Below, piece by piece: positions 46,427-56,891 of a DNA stretch of 64,000 nucleotides. The notes below the pieces were generated by a model. That model was not told the DNA's origin. It saw only the letters and a list, made by a program, of their open reading frames with translations, and searched no databases. The stretch's first letter is position 1. Every line of letters begins with the position of its first letter. Made by a program: the position numbers and the translations under genes. This DNA comes from Candidatus Omnitrophota bacterium. Lineage in GTDB: Bacteria > Omnitrophota > Gorgyraeia > Gorgyraeales > Gorgyraeaceae. The stretch covers positions 16,988 to 80,987 of the forward strand of contig JAUSEX010000052.1 in assembly GCA_030649895.1 (NCBI GenBank). Direction: 5' to 3'.

Positions 46427-48314
46427 CTATAAATCTCCTATGCCATAATTCCAGCATTAACAATCCCCACAAATGCTGTCCGTAGTTTTCTTTACCTTCC
46501 ATATGAAGATGTGCGATTCTATTTAATTTATCCGGATTAAAATACCCGCGATCAAACGCCCTGTCGGATAAAATAATATCGACAAGATAATCCTTGAGGC
46601 AGCCCCTGAACCACTCATCTACTGGCACAGCAAAACCTTTTTTCGGCCTTTTCAATATCCTGTCAGACACTAAGCCGTTTAGCGACTTCTTAAATATATA
46701 TTTCAAAGAATTATTGCGAACCTTAAATTTTGACGCAAGCGAGGCTGAAAACTCTACAAGACGGTGATCCAGCAGCGGAGACCGTGTTTCCAGCGAATTA
46801 GCCATGCTAGCTATATCCATCTTCACCACCAAATCATTTTGCAAGCCGAACATGGTATCTACATATAGCGCCGCATCTATAGCGTCTAATCCCTCTGCCT
46901 TTAAAAATAAATCTTTCAATAAAATATTGGAATCAAAGTCGTTGGTTTTATTATTAAAATCCTTAGTATATATTTCCCGTTTAAAATCCTCTGAAAAAAA
47001 ACCGATCCAGCGCATATAGCGGCAGGGCCTGTCAAGCTTTGCCGCATCTAAAAAACGGCGTATGTTACAAGTAGAATTTGGACCGGAAGGTTTATCCGGA
47101 AAAATATTCACCAACATTCTCATTGGGGACCTATTTATAAAATTAGCTAGGGGCATAAAATTTTCAGCCAGATAGTTTGCCCAATATCTTCTGTAGCCTC
47201 CAAAAACCTCATCGCCGCCATCTCCATTTAATGCCACCTTAACACTCTGGCCGGCTAACTTACATATATAATAAGTAGGCAAAGCTGAAGAATCGCCAAA
47301 TGGTTCGCCATAATGCTCAACCAATTTAGGCAAAACCTCGATATCATTTGCCTCTACGTAATCCTGAGTGTGGTTAGTAGCAAAATCACGGGCCGTTAAA
47401 CCCGCATACGGCAACTCATTAAATTCATCTTCTTTAAATCCGGCGGAAAACGTCCTGACGCCTTTTCCTTTTAATCGGCTCGCGAACGCTGTTACGCAGG
47501 CCGAATCAATGCCTCCGCTTAAAAGAACGCCTAAAGGGACATCGCTAGTCAGCCTTATTTTTACAGCATCTTCCAAAAGCGCGTTTAACTGCGTGACAGC
47601 TTCATCTTCGGTTATCTTAATCTTTTTAAAAAAATCCGGCTCCCAGTATTTTTTTAACTCCAGTTTTCCGTTTTGACAGACAATTATCGAAGCAGGCGGA
47701 AGCTTTTTTATATTACGAAAAGCTGTCAATGGAGCCGGTATACATAAATAAGTAAGATAATGATGCAGCGCCTGGAAATCTATATCTCTATTAATATCAG
47801 GATGCTTAAGCAATGCCTTGAATTCTGAGGCAAATACTATCTTATTATTTGCCCAGGAATATAACAGGGGCTTCTTCCCTATCCTGTCACGGCCTAAGAT
47901 TAATTTCTGCCTATTTTCATCCCATATGGCAAAGGCAAACATCCCCCAAAGATCTCTAATCGCATCCTCGCCTTTATCTTCGTAAAGATGTAATACAACC
48001 TCAACGTCGGTATACGATTTAAACCTATGGCCTTTTTTTTCTAATGCTGCCCGCAACGCCTGAAAATTATAAATTTCGCCACTCAGCGTAATCCAGATCT
48101 TCCCATCTTCATTGCTCATAGGCTGGTGTCCGGCTTCTGATAAATCAATAATACTCAATCTACGATGCCCTAGCCCAGCCTTGACCTTTGACCCTGATAG
48201 ATATATTCCTTCGTTATCAGGGCCGCGGTGAGACATAGTATCGCACATTGCCTTAAGCTGCAATTTTTTGACTTCGTTTCCTGAAAAATCTACAATACCT
48301 GCTATTCCACACAT
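46419..48314 (-). CDS. asnB: Asparagine synthase-like glutamine amidotransferase
   Basis: MCGIAG, HRGPD, LSGGIDS, GDGGDE. Confidence 0.93.
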   Translation of the reverse strand: MCGIAGIVDFSGNEVKKLQLKAMCDTMSHRGPDNEGIYLSGSKVKAGLGHRRLSIIDLSEAGHQPMSNEDGKIWITLSGEIYNFQALRAALEKKGHRFKSYTDVEVVLHLYEDKGEDAIRDLWGMFAFAIWDENRQKLILGRDRIGKKPLLYSWANNKIVFASEFKALLKHPDINRDIDFQALHHYLTYLCIPAPLTAFRNIKKLPPASIIVCQNGKLELKKYWEPDFFKKIKITEDEAVTQLNALLEDAVKIRLTSDVPLGVLLSGGIDSACVTAFASRLKGKGVRTFSAGFKEDEFNELPYAGLTARDFATNHTQDYVEANDIEVLPKLVEHYGEPFGDSSALPTYYICKLAGQSVKVALNGDGGDEVFGGYRRYWANYLAENFMPLANFINRSPMRMLVNIFPDKPSGPNSTCNIRRFLDAAKLDRPCRYMRWIGFFSEDFKREIYTKDFNNKTNDFDSNILLKDLFLKAEGLDAIDAALYVDTMFGLQNDLVVKMDIASMANSLETRSPLLDHRLVEFSASLASKFKVRNNSLKYIFKKSLNGLVSDRILKRPKKGFAVPVDEWFRGCLKDYLVDIILSDRAFDRGYFNPDKLNRIAHLHMEGKENYGQHLWGLLMLELWHRRFIDA

Positions 48315-48320
48315 AATAGT

Positions 48321-49298
48321 TTATCCTAAGATAGCTTTGCCCCTAGCCACAATTGCCGGCGAAGTTGTTATTATATCCGATAAACCAGCCTCCGTCAACC
48401 AACCCCTTATTTGCCATGGGCTATACTCATAAAGATATTTTGGAGAAAGCAGGTCAAATGTATCCAAAATACTCCACTCCAGAAGCTGACTTTCGATTAA
48501 AGGCAGTTTGCCCTTATAGTCGCACACAGGAATAACCCACCCTTTTAAAGAACGGCCTATTACCGGAACCCTAACTAAAGGCAAAACTTTTGGCACAACG
48601 CTCTCTATAATATTTAATAACCTTTCTTTTCGCATTCGCGTAGTAAAAATTCTGGCAATACTCGTAGCCTTTGGTAAAAATGGAAAACGCGACTTAGGCG
48701 ACATCCAGATAGCTATGGCCCCTTTGTCGCGCAAAAGCTGCGCAATGCGTAAAAAAGCAGCCTTAGGATCAGGCGTATGGTGCAACACACCTATGCTATA
48801 AATCAGATCGAAACTTTTAAGCGGTAAAGGCAGGTTGTATATATCCGCCTGTATCAAATGAACATTTGGAAACTTGCGCAAATTCACCATAGCGGCATCA
48901 ACAGAAAAACTTAAATCAATACCTATTACCTGATCAGCAGTTTTAGAAGCTGCCTCTAAAAACCGGCCCATACCGCAACCCGCTTCTAAAACAAATTTGC
49001 CCTTTAACTGCTCCGGCCCAAAACCAGTTACTTCTCTGAATCTAACTTGCGAAATCTCTGTCCGATTAAAAGAATCCAGCTGCGTCTTATTAAATCGATT
49101 CCATTCAAAGCTAAAATTTTCTACATAGCCGTCATTGGCTACAAAACGCGGGATACCATTGGTAACAGGATATTCCCTGCCGCAACCACAAACCAATTTC
49201 GCATATTCAATTTCGCCATTTATATATTCTGCATTATAAAGCTTTAATTTCGCTTTGCAGGATGGACAAATTAACAGCTCACTTAAAAAATCTTTCAT
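48321..49298 (-). CDS. Trm112-like domain + SAM methyltransferase
   Basis: CPSC..CGC.REYPV..GIPRF; LEAGCGMGR, GVLHHTPD. Confidence 0.85.
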   Translation of the reverse strand: MKDFLSELLICPSCKAKLKLYNAEYINGEIEYAKLVCGCGREYPVTNGIPRFVANDGYVENFSFEWNRFNKTQLDSFNRTEISQVRFREVTGFGPEQLKGKFVLEAGCGMGRFLEAASKTADQVIGIDLSFSVDAAMVNLRKFPNVHLIQADIYNLPLPLKSFDLIYSIGVLHHTPDPKAAFLRIAQLLRDKGAIAIWMSPKSRFPFLPKATSIARIFTTRMRKERLLNIIESVVPKVLPLVRVPVIGRSLKGWVIPVCDYKGKLPLIESQLLEWSILDTFDLLSPKYLYEYSPWQIRGWLTEAGLSDIITTSPAIVARGKAILG

Positions 49299-49301
49299 AT
49301 C

Positions 49302-50501
49302 TTATAGCCTTTTTTTAACTGGTAAGAGCTCTTCGTAAGCATCTAGATATCTCCTAGATAACTTCTCCAAGGAAAATTTATCGCTTATTTCAGCGCTTGC
49401 CCTGATTCCGATTTGCCTGCAATAAGCATCTTGTTTAAGAAGCCGGGTTAGTTTATCAGTAAGGGCTTTGGCATTGCCTGACTCAAAAAGAAGCCCGTTT
49501 TCTCCATCATTAATAAGATAATCAGTCACGCCTTTTAGGTACGCAGCTATACAAGCCAAACCGCAAGACATGGCCTCAAGCAGCGCATTAGGCAGGCCCT
49601 CCCTGCGTGAAGGCAAAACAAATATATCTGCCGCCTGATAACATTTCTCAATATCTAAAATTTTCTCAATAAATTTAACCGATTCTTTATTTTCTAAACC
49701 GGATGATCGGAATTTCATACCTTTTACTAAATTTTCTGAGATTTCATAATAACCGGTAGATGTTGCGCCGACAAACAGCAGTTGTGTTTTTTCCCTTATC
49801 TCGGGATCCATGTCTAACCAACTATTTAACAATAAATCAGGCGCTTTATCATAGGAAAAAAATCCTACAAAAAGAATTAACTTTGTATCCGATTTTAACC
49901 CTAACTCTTTTCGAAGCTCTATCTTTCTGGCATTATCGTTTAAAGGATAAAAACGTCTTGTATTTACACCGTTTGGAATAAAATATAGCCTTTTATGCCG
50001 CAGGCAAGAGCCCAGAAATCTATCTGTTAACCCAGGACTAACACTGACAAAACCATCAGCGCGGGAAAAGAAAAATAATTTAATCTTGCCCCACCGCTGC
50101 ATACTAATAGCCAAAGGATCATCGCATCCGACAGATGTTAATTTCTGAAGGATTCTCTTGCGGAATAATTTTGCCAGCAATATAATCGGTATGTTCTTTT
50201 GCGTAAAACCATTCAATTGAATTATATCAATCCGTGACTGAATTTTTAAAAAATCTAATAACAAATTAAAAAACGCGCGAAATTTAGAAATAAAACTTCT
50301 CGGATCAAGATATATCCGGAAAACCTCTATGCCGTCTATGCGCCCCCTGCGCAAAGATTTTCTAATAGCGGAAGTGGTAATAACGTAAGGGCGTATATTT
50401 TCTCTCAATGCTTCAATTAAGGTTTTACACTGAAGCCCGCCACCGCTGACTTCCGGGAAAAAGGCTCCAGTTACCATACAAACACCTGGATTTTTTTTCA
50501 T
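49302..50501 (-). CDS. Glycosyltransferase family 4
   Basis: IPNGV, EGLPNALLEAM. Confidence 0.9.
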   Translation of the reverse strand: MKKNPGVCMVTGAFFPEVSGGGLQCKTLIEALRENIRPYVITTSAIRKSLRRGRIDGIEVFRIYLDPRSFISKFRAFFNLLLDFLKIQSRIDIIQLNGFTQKNIPIILLAKLFRKRILQKLTSVGCDDPLAISMQRWGKIKLFFFSRADGFVSVSPGLTDRFLGSCLRHKRLYFIPNGVNTRRFYPLNDNARKIELRKELGLKSDTKLILFVGFFSYDKAPDLLLNSWLDMDPEIREKTQLLFVGATSTGYYEISENLVKGMKFRSSGLENKESVKFIEKILDIEKCYQAADIFVLPSRREGLPNALLEAMSCGLACIAAYLKGVTDYLINDGENGLLFESGNAKALTDKLTRLLKQDAYCRQIGIRASAEISDKFSLEKLSRRYLDAYEELLPVKKRL

Positions 50502-50504
50502 AAA

Positions 50505-51632
50505 TCAAACACTTGTAAATTTACGCTTAAGGCGCCCTAAAAATGCGACCTTGGCTAATTTTTGGCGCTGTTGCCTGTAAAGACGCCGTAGCTGCGAAGA
50601 TGCTGATTTTTTAAAAAACAATATTGTATGCAAATTTATTACTTTGTCTGCCCAGGAAAATTTATAACTTTCAGCTCCCAGCAATAGATCAAATTCATCA
50701 ATGCCGCGCCCATACGAATTCTTAATCAAATTTACCAAAAGAAGCTTACCGGGTGAAAACGCGCTTAATGCAGGATTGAAAGCCGGCGCATAATAATAGT
50801 AACGGTTGTCGTAAGTAAAGCCAAGATGCATGGCTGCAATTTTCTGGCCAACCTTTAAACATGAAAGCTCTATCCTGCCTGAGCCAGACAAATCTTTAGC
50901 AAGAGCAACATATCTTGCCTTTGCGTTATCCTCATTAAATTGGCTCTTAAACCCTTTTTCTATTGATCTATGCTGATGAAATTCAAAAAATTTAGGAATA
51001 GCTGACTTAATTTGATCATAACTGACAAGGGTTTCTAGCGACACCTTTCCAAAATTTCTGAGTCTCTTCTCTTGCCATCTTAAATTGTTTTTTAGTTTTT
51101 TACTCAATTTTTTTTGAAAATATTCTTCCCATGTTGAATATTGCTTAAGATCCAAAATAACTGAGACGCCCCGCTTTTCTTTGACGTTTATCCATTGATA
51201 ACCCTGGCAATTAAACCACTGCATGTGATTTGGAGAATTTTCAGGGATATTGATAAATTCCGCCCAATCCCATGTGTGCGAATACCTGTTGATTTCATCA
51301 AAAATCATGGTAAAGCATTCATCTGCCTTCTTTACAATCAAAAAATCCATATAATCGGAAACACCGGTTGCTATAAACTGCAATTTTCTATTCTTTGTAA
51401 AATTACCAAACCTGCTATTTTTAATCATTATAGGAGCTGCGGCAATCAATTTTCCGCTGTCCCTAATTAATATTACAAATAACTTATGGCCCTGACCGAA
51501 ATATTCCCACCAGGTTGCAAGCCATTCAAAAGTCAAATAAAATGTATTAAAAGAACTTTCTTCCAGGGCTTCGTTCCATTCTTTCTTTAAGGCTTTAAAT
51601 TTTTCAAAATTATCAACTATTTTAACTTCCAT
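50505..51632 (-). CDS. GNAT acetyltransferase (CelD/BcsL-like)
   Basis: EWLATWW, SDYMD, SPGKLL, FDLLLGAESYK. Confidence 0.85.
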   Translation of the reverse strand: MEVKIVDNFEKFKALKKEWNEALEESSFNTFYLTFEWLATWWEYFGQGHKLFVILIRDSGKLIAAAPIMIKNSRFGNFTKNRKLQFIATGVSDYMDFLIVKKADECFTMIFDEINRYSHTWDWAEFINIPENSPNHMQWFNCQGYQWINVKEKRGVSVILDLKQYSTWEEYFQKKLSKKLKNNLRWQEKRLRNFGKVSLETLVSYDQIKSAIPKFFEFHQHRSIEKGFKSQFNEDNAKARYVALAKDLSGSGRIELSCLKVGQKIAAMHLGFTYDNRYYYYAPAFNPALSAFSPGKLLLVNLIKNSYGRGIDEFDLLLGAESYKFSWADKVINLHTILFFKKSASSQLRRLYRQQRQKLAKVAFLGRLKRKFTSV

Positions 51633-52662
51633 AATTACTCCAAAGCGGAATAGTCACAATTTGTCCGTAGAATTCCGGATATCCTTTAAGGCATGCCGGC
51701 AAAACCGGCCATGGATAGCATTCGATCCTGTTTAGCAACATGCGCCTGCAAAAACCATCAGGATCAGCTGTCCTGACAGGAAAGACATATGGGACTATGC
51801 CCTCAGTTAGCTTTGTAAAAACAGGCTCTCCTTCAGGCAAATGTTTAAGCCAGTAGTTAAAACCATTTCTGCGCCTTGCGGCTACATTTTGAATCTTAAC
51901 ACGCCTCATTAATAGCTTAGTCAACCCCGACTGCTTCACAAGATACTCTTTAATACTATACTCTTCTTTGCTATTTTCTTTTGCAGGTATAAAACGCTTT
52001 ATTCCAAAAAGCCTCTTTAAGGCATTGCGCAGATCAATCCCTGTAAAAAACGCAAGATACTGATTTACCTGCCTTAAAGAATAAAGAAAATCGCATGATT
52101 TACTAAGATTTAAATCAGTATTATCAAGGTTTAATTTATCATTATTTATTACCAATGCAGCGCCGTTAGGAGTGCCCAGCATCTTACGCATGCTAAAAAT
52201 AGAAATATCCCCGGATGTCCCGAGAGGCTGATTGCCATCCGAGCTTAAGAAACCATGCGCATTGTCTTCTATAAAAAATAAATTATGTTTCTGACATATC
52301 TTCTTTATTTCTTCGCTGCAAGTCGAAAACCCGAAATAATTAACCGCCAAGACAGCCCTGGTATTCTTATCTATTCCAGCCTCGATTTGCTCTAAACGAG
52401 GATTAAGCTGCGTATCGACTTGGAAATATTTTATTTCAATGTCAAGATGATTAAACGGCGCTAAAACAACATTACAAATATAAGACGGCAAAAGGACATT
52501 TTCGCCTTTTTTAATATTTAAAACTTTCAAAGCCTGCAGTAATGCCGTTCTTCCATATGCAAAAAATAAAGTTTTTTCTTTAGCAAAAGGACAGGACATA
52601 CTATTGGCCGCTAAAGAAAAATCTTTAACATTTAAAATAGGTTCCCAATTAATTAATCGCAT
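51622..52662 (-). CDS. DegT/DnrJ-like PLP aminotransferase
   Basis: GRTAL, PSYIC, EDNAH, FSMRK. Confidence 0.8.
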   Translation of the reverse strand: MRLINWEPILNVKDFSLAANSMSCPFAKEKTLFFAYGRTALLQALKVLNIKKGENVLLPSYICNVVLAPFNHLDIEIKYFQVDTQLNPRLEQIEAGIDKNTRAVLAVNYFGFSTCSEEIKKICQKHNLFFIEDNAHGFLSSDGNQPLGTSGDISIFSMRKMLGTPNGAALVINNDKLNLDNTDLNLSKSCDFLYSLRQVNQYLAFFTGIDLRNALKRLFGIKRFIPAKENSKEEYSIKEYLVKQSGLTKLLMRRVKIQNVAARRRNGFNYWLKHLPEGEPVFTKLTEGIVPYVFPVRTADPDGFCRRMLLNRIECYPWPVLPACLKGYPEFYGQIVTIPLWSNYGS

Positions 52663-53587
52663 TTGAAGTTAAAGCCGCTAATTTTGTTTTAAAACGACTC
52701 CCTGTAATCACCTTTGTTTTAAAGGTATTAAAATTATCCCTGCCGGAAATAGTTATGCGTCCAATCTGCATAGGATTTTTGCCTTTAAGCGACGACTCCC
52801 ATACAGCTGTAAAGGCAACTTTAAATCCTAATTCCTTTAATATCTGTTCGTGAATTTTATTAAAATTATCGCGCCTGCCATAAGGGTACGCAAATACCTT
52901 CGGCGCAATTCCAAGTTTATCCTCAATAATCGTCTTAGATAAAGCAATTTCATTACGTGCCTCCTCAGGATCCATGTTCGCCAAATTAACATGATTATGC
53001 GTATGGGCGCCAAAGGTAATACCGTCTTCTGACATCTTTTTAATTTCTTGCCAATCCAGAATTGAACGCCCGCCTTCATTTGTATTCACCTTAAGGCCGC
53101 TGCGCAACGCATCTAAAGCTAAACTTAATTCCGGCAAAGTAAGTCCCTCCAGGATAGATGCCAATCTTTGGAATGCCTGGACTTGATTTTTTAGATTGAC
53201 TGCCTGTCCGTTGAATTTAAAATTTTCAAGTTTGGTTTCCGAAAGATATCGGTACAATTCTTCCCACCAAAATGCCTTATCTTTTCCTATAAAAGCAGTT
53301 GACAGAAAAACCGTTGCGCTGATATGGTATTTTTTTAGAACCGGGAAAACTATATCATAAAAACTTGCCATTCCATCGTCAAATGTCAAAAGGATACATC
53401 GAGACTTAAAAGACTGCCTGTTTTCAACGTGGATTAAAAACTCATCGAGTGAAATAACCTTAAATCTTTCTGTTAGATATTTTATTTGCCGTTCGAAATC
53501 ATCGGCGGAAATAACTTTCTCGAATCGTCCGCTAACCAAAGACGCCGCCTCAACCCTGTGATACATCAAGACTTTACAGTTATACAT
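52649..53587 (-). CDS. Polysaccharide deacetylase
   Basis: LMYHRV, LTFDDG, GAHTHNH, FAYPYG. Confidence 0.9.
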   Translation of the reverse strand: MYNCKVLMYHRVEAASLVSGRFEKVISADDFERQIKYLTERFKVISLDEFLIHVENRQSFKSRCILLTFDDGMASFYDIVFPVLKKYHISATVFLSTAFIGKDKAFWWEELYRYLSETKLENFKFNGQAVNLKNQVQAFQRLASILEGLTLPELSLALDALRSGLKVNTNEGGRSILDWQEIKKMSEDGITFGAHTHNHVNLANMDPEEARNEIALSKTIIEDKLGIAPKVFAYPYGRRDNFNKIHEQILKELGFKVAFTAVWESSLKGKNPMQIGRITISGRDNFNTFKTKVITGSRFKTKLAALTSNAIN

Positions 53588-53591
53588 TTCA

Positions 53592-54395
53592 TCAAAGTAT
53601 ATTTTTAAATAAAAGCTTTGCCATGTTAATATAAATTTTTACTAACCGAATAATAATCTGTAAAAAATCAAAAAAACTCTTTTTTCTATATTCTTTGAAA
53701 TTCTGCTTTACTACCCTGATTTCGCTGTTTCGCTGATTCCAGATATCCGAACTTATATTCTTGGAATGCAATGTATACTCACCCAGCATTTCATTAAGAA
53801 AATAAAAATTATATTTCTGTGAAAGCCTAAGCCAAAGATCATAATCTTCTACCGCAAAAAAATCCCTGCGTTCATTAAATAAACCCACGTCAAACAAGGC
53901 GTTGCGCTTGACCACTGTTGCCGAAGGCGACAGGCAATTACCTTTATACAATAATCTTCTGAACATTTCAGAAGTATACGGGCCATAAGATGAATATCCC
54001 TTATCTCCTGACTTATCCCTTATTAATTCATTATGACATACTAAACAGACTTCAGGATGCTGCTCAAATATTTCATAACATTTTTTTAATTTTTCAGGGT
54101 ACCATATATCATCACCATCCAAAAAAGCAACATATCTTCCTTTAGAATATTTTATCCCATTATTCCTGGCAATCGCTGGCAACCCGCTATTATCCTGGAA
54201 ATAGTATCTAAGCCTTGAGTCTTTGAAGCTTTCCACAACTCGCTTTGTGCCATCAGTAGAGCCATCATCTATGACAATTACTTCATAATCTCCAAAATTC
54301 TGGCATAGCGCAGATTCAAGCGATGACTTAAACAGCTCGCCATTATTATATGTCGGCATAATTACAGAAAAAGTTGGGCTTCTATCGACTGCCAT
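53592..54395 (-). CDS. Glycosyltransferase family 2
   Basis: MPTYN, DDGSTD, FLDGDD, EDYDLW. Confidence 0.92.
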   Translation of the reverse strand: MAVDRSPTFSVIMPTYNNGELFKSSLESALCQNFGDYEVIVIDDGSTDGTKRVVESFKDSRLRYYFQDNSGLPAIARNNGIKYSKGRYVAFLDGDDIWYPEKLKKCYEIFEQHPEVCLVCHNELIRDKSGDKGYSSYGPYTSEMFRRLLYKGNCLSPSATVVKRNALFDVGLFNERRDFFAVEDYDLWLRLSQKYNFYFLNEMLGEYTLHSKNISSDIWNQRNSEIRVVKQNFKEYRKKSFFDFLQIIIRLVKIYINMAKLLFKNIL

Positions 54396-54409
54396 TTAAG
54401 ATATAAATT

Positions 54410-55303
54410 CTACTCTTTTTTAGAATGCGAAAAATCATTATAAACCATGCCCAGTAAGTTGAGTATCCCTTGCCCAAGATCAAAATAAGAACCGCTGACA
54501 ATTTTCCTTGCGATTTTATGTTTAAATGTATAAGGTGTGATCTCGTAATGCTCTTCAAGTCGGGATGCGACATACTCTATATCTATCTTATTACTCATCA
54601 TCTCCCTAATCATTACCAGCAGGTCTTTTATCTTAATTGGCTGATTTCCAGATATAACAACGTAGTCGTTATTATATTGTTCGTCCAACACCTCTACGCT
54701 TATCCTGGCTGCATCGTGCACATGTATATATTCCCGGATTTCCTCCCCATCACCCTTCCTGGTAATCTTATTATCTCTTACTGCCTGTTTTAATATACTG
54801 AATATCCAGTTCCTGTCGTCCGACCTTGGGCCGTATAGCGACCCATAACGCATAATAGTAAAATTTACTCCATAGGCCTTTTGATAATCTTCTATGATTA
54901 ATTCAGAGGCCTGCTTACAGGTGCGGTAGAAAGAACCGGATTTGCTATATACATATATAGACGAGGCAAATAGAAAACGTTTCACGCCGTTTTTCCGACA
55001 GGCGTCAACTATTATAGAATTTCCCAGTATATTCTGTCTAATCGTCTCTATGGGATTAACCTTTGCCTCGTCAATATCTGATATGCCGGCAAAGTTATAA
55101 ACGGCATCAGCGCCTTCTACAACAGCTCCGACTCCTCGAGGATCTAAAATATTCCCTAGCACCATTTCCTGCGACTTCTGTAGGTACGGAGACGGATTTA
55201 AATCATATATAGTAACCTTATATCCTTTTTTAGTAAGCTCGTCGGAAACATGACTACCCAAAAAACCTGAACCACCAAAAACTATAACTTTCATCTTAAT
55301 CAC
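54410..55303 (-). CDS. NAD-dependent epimerase/dehydratase
   Basis: GGSGFLG, YRTCK, RYGSLYG. Confidence 0.88.
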   Translation of the reverse strand: MIKMKVIVFGGSGFLGSHVSDELTKKGYKVTIYDLNPSPYLQKSQEMVLGNILDPRGVGAVVEGADAVYNFAGISDIDEAKVNPIETIRQNILGNSIIVDACRKNGVKRFLFASSIYVYSKSGSFYRTCKQASELIIEDYQKAYGVNFTIMRYGSLYGPRSDDRNWIFSILKQAVRDNKITRKGDGEEIREYIHVHDAARISVEVLDEQYNNDYVVISGNQPIKIKDLLVMIREMMSNKIDIEYVASRLEEHYEITPYTFKHKIARKIVSGSYFDLGQGILNLLGMVYNDFSHSKKE

Positions 55304-55959
55304 CTCCTATGTTTTTTGTCTGACTCTATCTCTTGCAGAATATCATGAAGAGAAGTTAAATCCTTTATTATCCAAGGACGATTCTCTAATCTTGAATTTA
55401 AATTTGCCCTCCGTTCAATAAAAACTATACCTGCCTTTTTTGCAGCAATTCGGTCACTCTGCGCATCTCCTATATAAACAACCTCTTCTTTTGCAAAATT
55501 ATAATTTTTTATTATACTAATAACAATATCTACTTTTCCTTTGGGGCTGCCTTGCATCTCTTTAAAGTAACCTTGCAGTCCTTTTTCATTAATAATCTTG
55601 CACAGTTCTTCTTCTGGCGTACCTGAAGCAATGAAAAATTGATATCTGTTTTTATAAACATCCAGAAATTCCCTTGTTCCAGCTACAAAATGGGCATCAA
55701 CAACCTTTTGGAATACAATTTGGGAAAAATGCTTCCCTAATTCTACCTCTGCATCTTTTGAAAGATCTGTTTGCAGAATATGTTCATAGATATGCCTGAA
55801 TTTAATATAACGCGAAATGCCTGCATTTATTAGATGATAATTAATAATTTCTTTGGCCTTTTCTGGATAATCAGAAAAAAGTTCTCTAAAGGCCCCCGTC
55901 TTAATATCAGCTGATTCAATAATTACACCGTCAAAATCAAAAATAATTGCCTTAATCAA
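55300..55959 (-). CDS. HAD-family phosphatase
   Basis: FDFDGVI, ASGT, IGDAQSD. Confidence 0.88.
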   Translation of the reverse strand: MIKAIIFDFDGVIIESADIKTGAFRELFSDYPEKAKEIINYHLINAGISRYIKFRHIYEHILQTDLSKDAEVELGKHFSQIVFQKVVDAHFVAGTREFLDVYKNRYQFFIASGTPEEELCKIINEKGLQGYFKEMQGSPKGKVDIVISIIKNYNFAKEEVVYIGDAQSDRIAAKKAGIVFIERRANLNSRLENRPWIIKDLTSLHDILQEIESDKKHRR

Positions 55960-56888
55960 CGCAATACTCCAAATCCTTTCAAAAGATTACTTACTGCTTC
56001 GGTCTCCATCTCGATCCTTGTTTCTTTGGCATAGGAGCCTACATGAGGGGTAAGGATAATATTATCCAAAGCCCTTAACGGCCCTTCATAAGGCTCGTGT
56101 TCAAATACATCTAGCGCAGCTCCTGAAATATGGCCATTCTTAAGGGCATTATAAAGCGCCTGCTCGTCAACCATGCCTCCTCTTGAAAGATTGATAATCA
56201 AGATTCCTTTTTTCATCAATTCTATCTCTGCGTTTCCTATAATGCACTTGCAATTTTTCGAAAGAGACAGGTGTAAGGTAACAATATCAGCCCATTTAAG
56301 AATTTCTTCGAATGTTTTATGGGCACAAGTAAACGAGCAATCTTTCGGCTCTATATCGCAATAAGAAAGCTCTGCGCCGAAAGCAGAAAGCAGCTCGCAA
56401 ACCTTCTGCCCTACAGAACCGAATCCTATTATCCCAACTTTTTTCCCGTAAAGCAAAGCCCCCATCTTTTTTTCCCACTTTCCTTCCCGAACAAGGCGAT
56501 CCATCTGCGTAATTTTTCTAAGTAAATTTAACAGAACGCCTACTGTCAATTCCGCAACAGCCCTTGACGGGATACCCCTGGTATTGTAGACCTTGATTCC
56601 TTTCTTATCTGCGCTTTCCAAATCTATATTGTCTGTGCCGGAACCGCAACGAGAAATCACTCTTAACTTAGGCAAATGCAAGAGCACGTCATTAGTAAAG
56701 GGTTCTGTGCCCGCCACAATGCCTATGGCATTCTTACCCAATTCAATTACTTCTCCAGCATTTAACTTTCTCCCGTATGGATTTAATTTATAACTCAATC
56801 CCTTCTTTTCCATACAATCAAGCGGCGTTCTATCAAATTCCGCAAAAGTGGTTGTGCTGATCAAGACCTCTTTAATATCGCTTTCCAT
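55956..56888 (-). CDS. D-2-hydroxyacid (phosphoglycerate-like) dehydrogenase
   Basis: GIIGFGSVG, NLSRGG, LDVFEHEP, TPHVGS. Confidence 0.9.
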   Translation of the reverse strand: MESDIKEVLISTTTFAEFDRTPLDCMEKKGLSYKLNPYGRKLNAGEVIELGKNAIGIVAGTEPFTNDVLLHLPKLRVISRCGSGTDNIDLESADKKGIKVYNTRGIPSRAVAELTVGVLLNLLRKITQMDRLVREGKWEKKMGALLYGKKVGIIGFGSVGQKVCELLSAFGAELSYCDIEPKDCSFTCAHKTFEEILKWADIVTLHLSLSKNCKCIIGNAEIELMKKGILIINLSRGGMVDEQALYNALKNGHISGAALDVFEHEPYEGPLRALDNIILTPHVGSYAKETRIEMETEAVSNLLKGFGVLR

Positions 56889-56891
56889 CTT

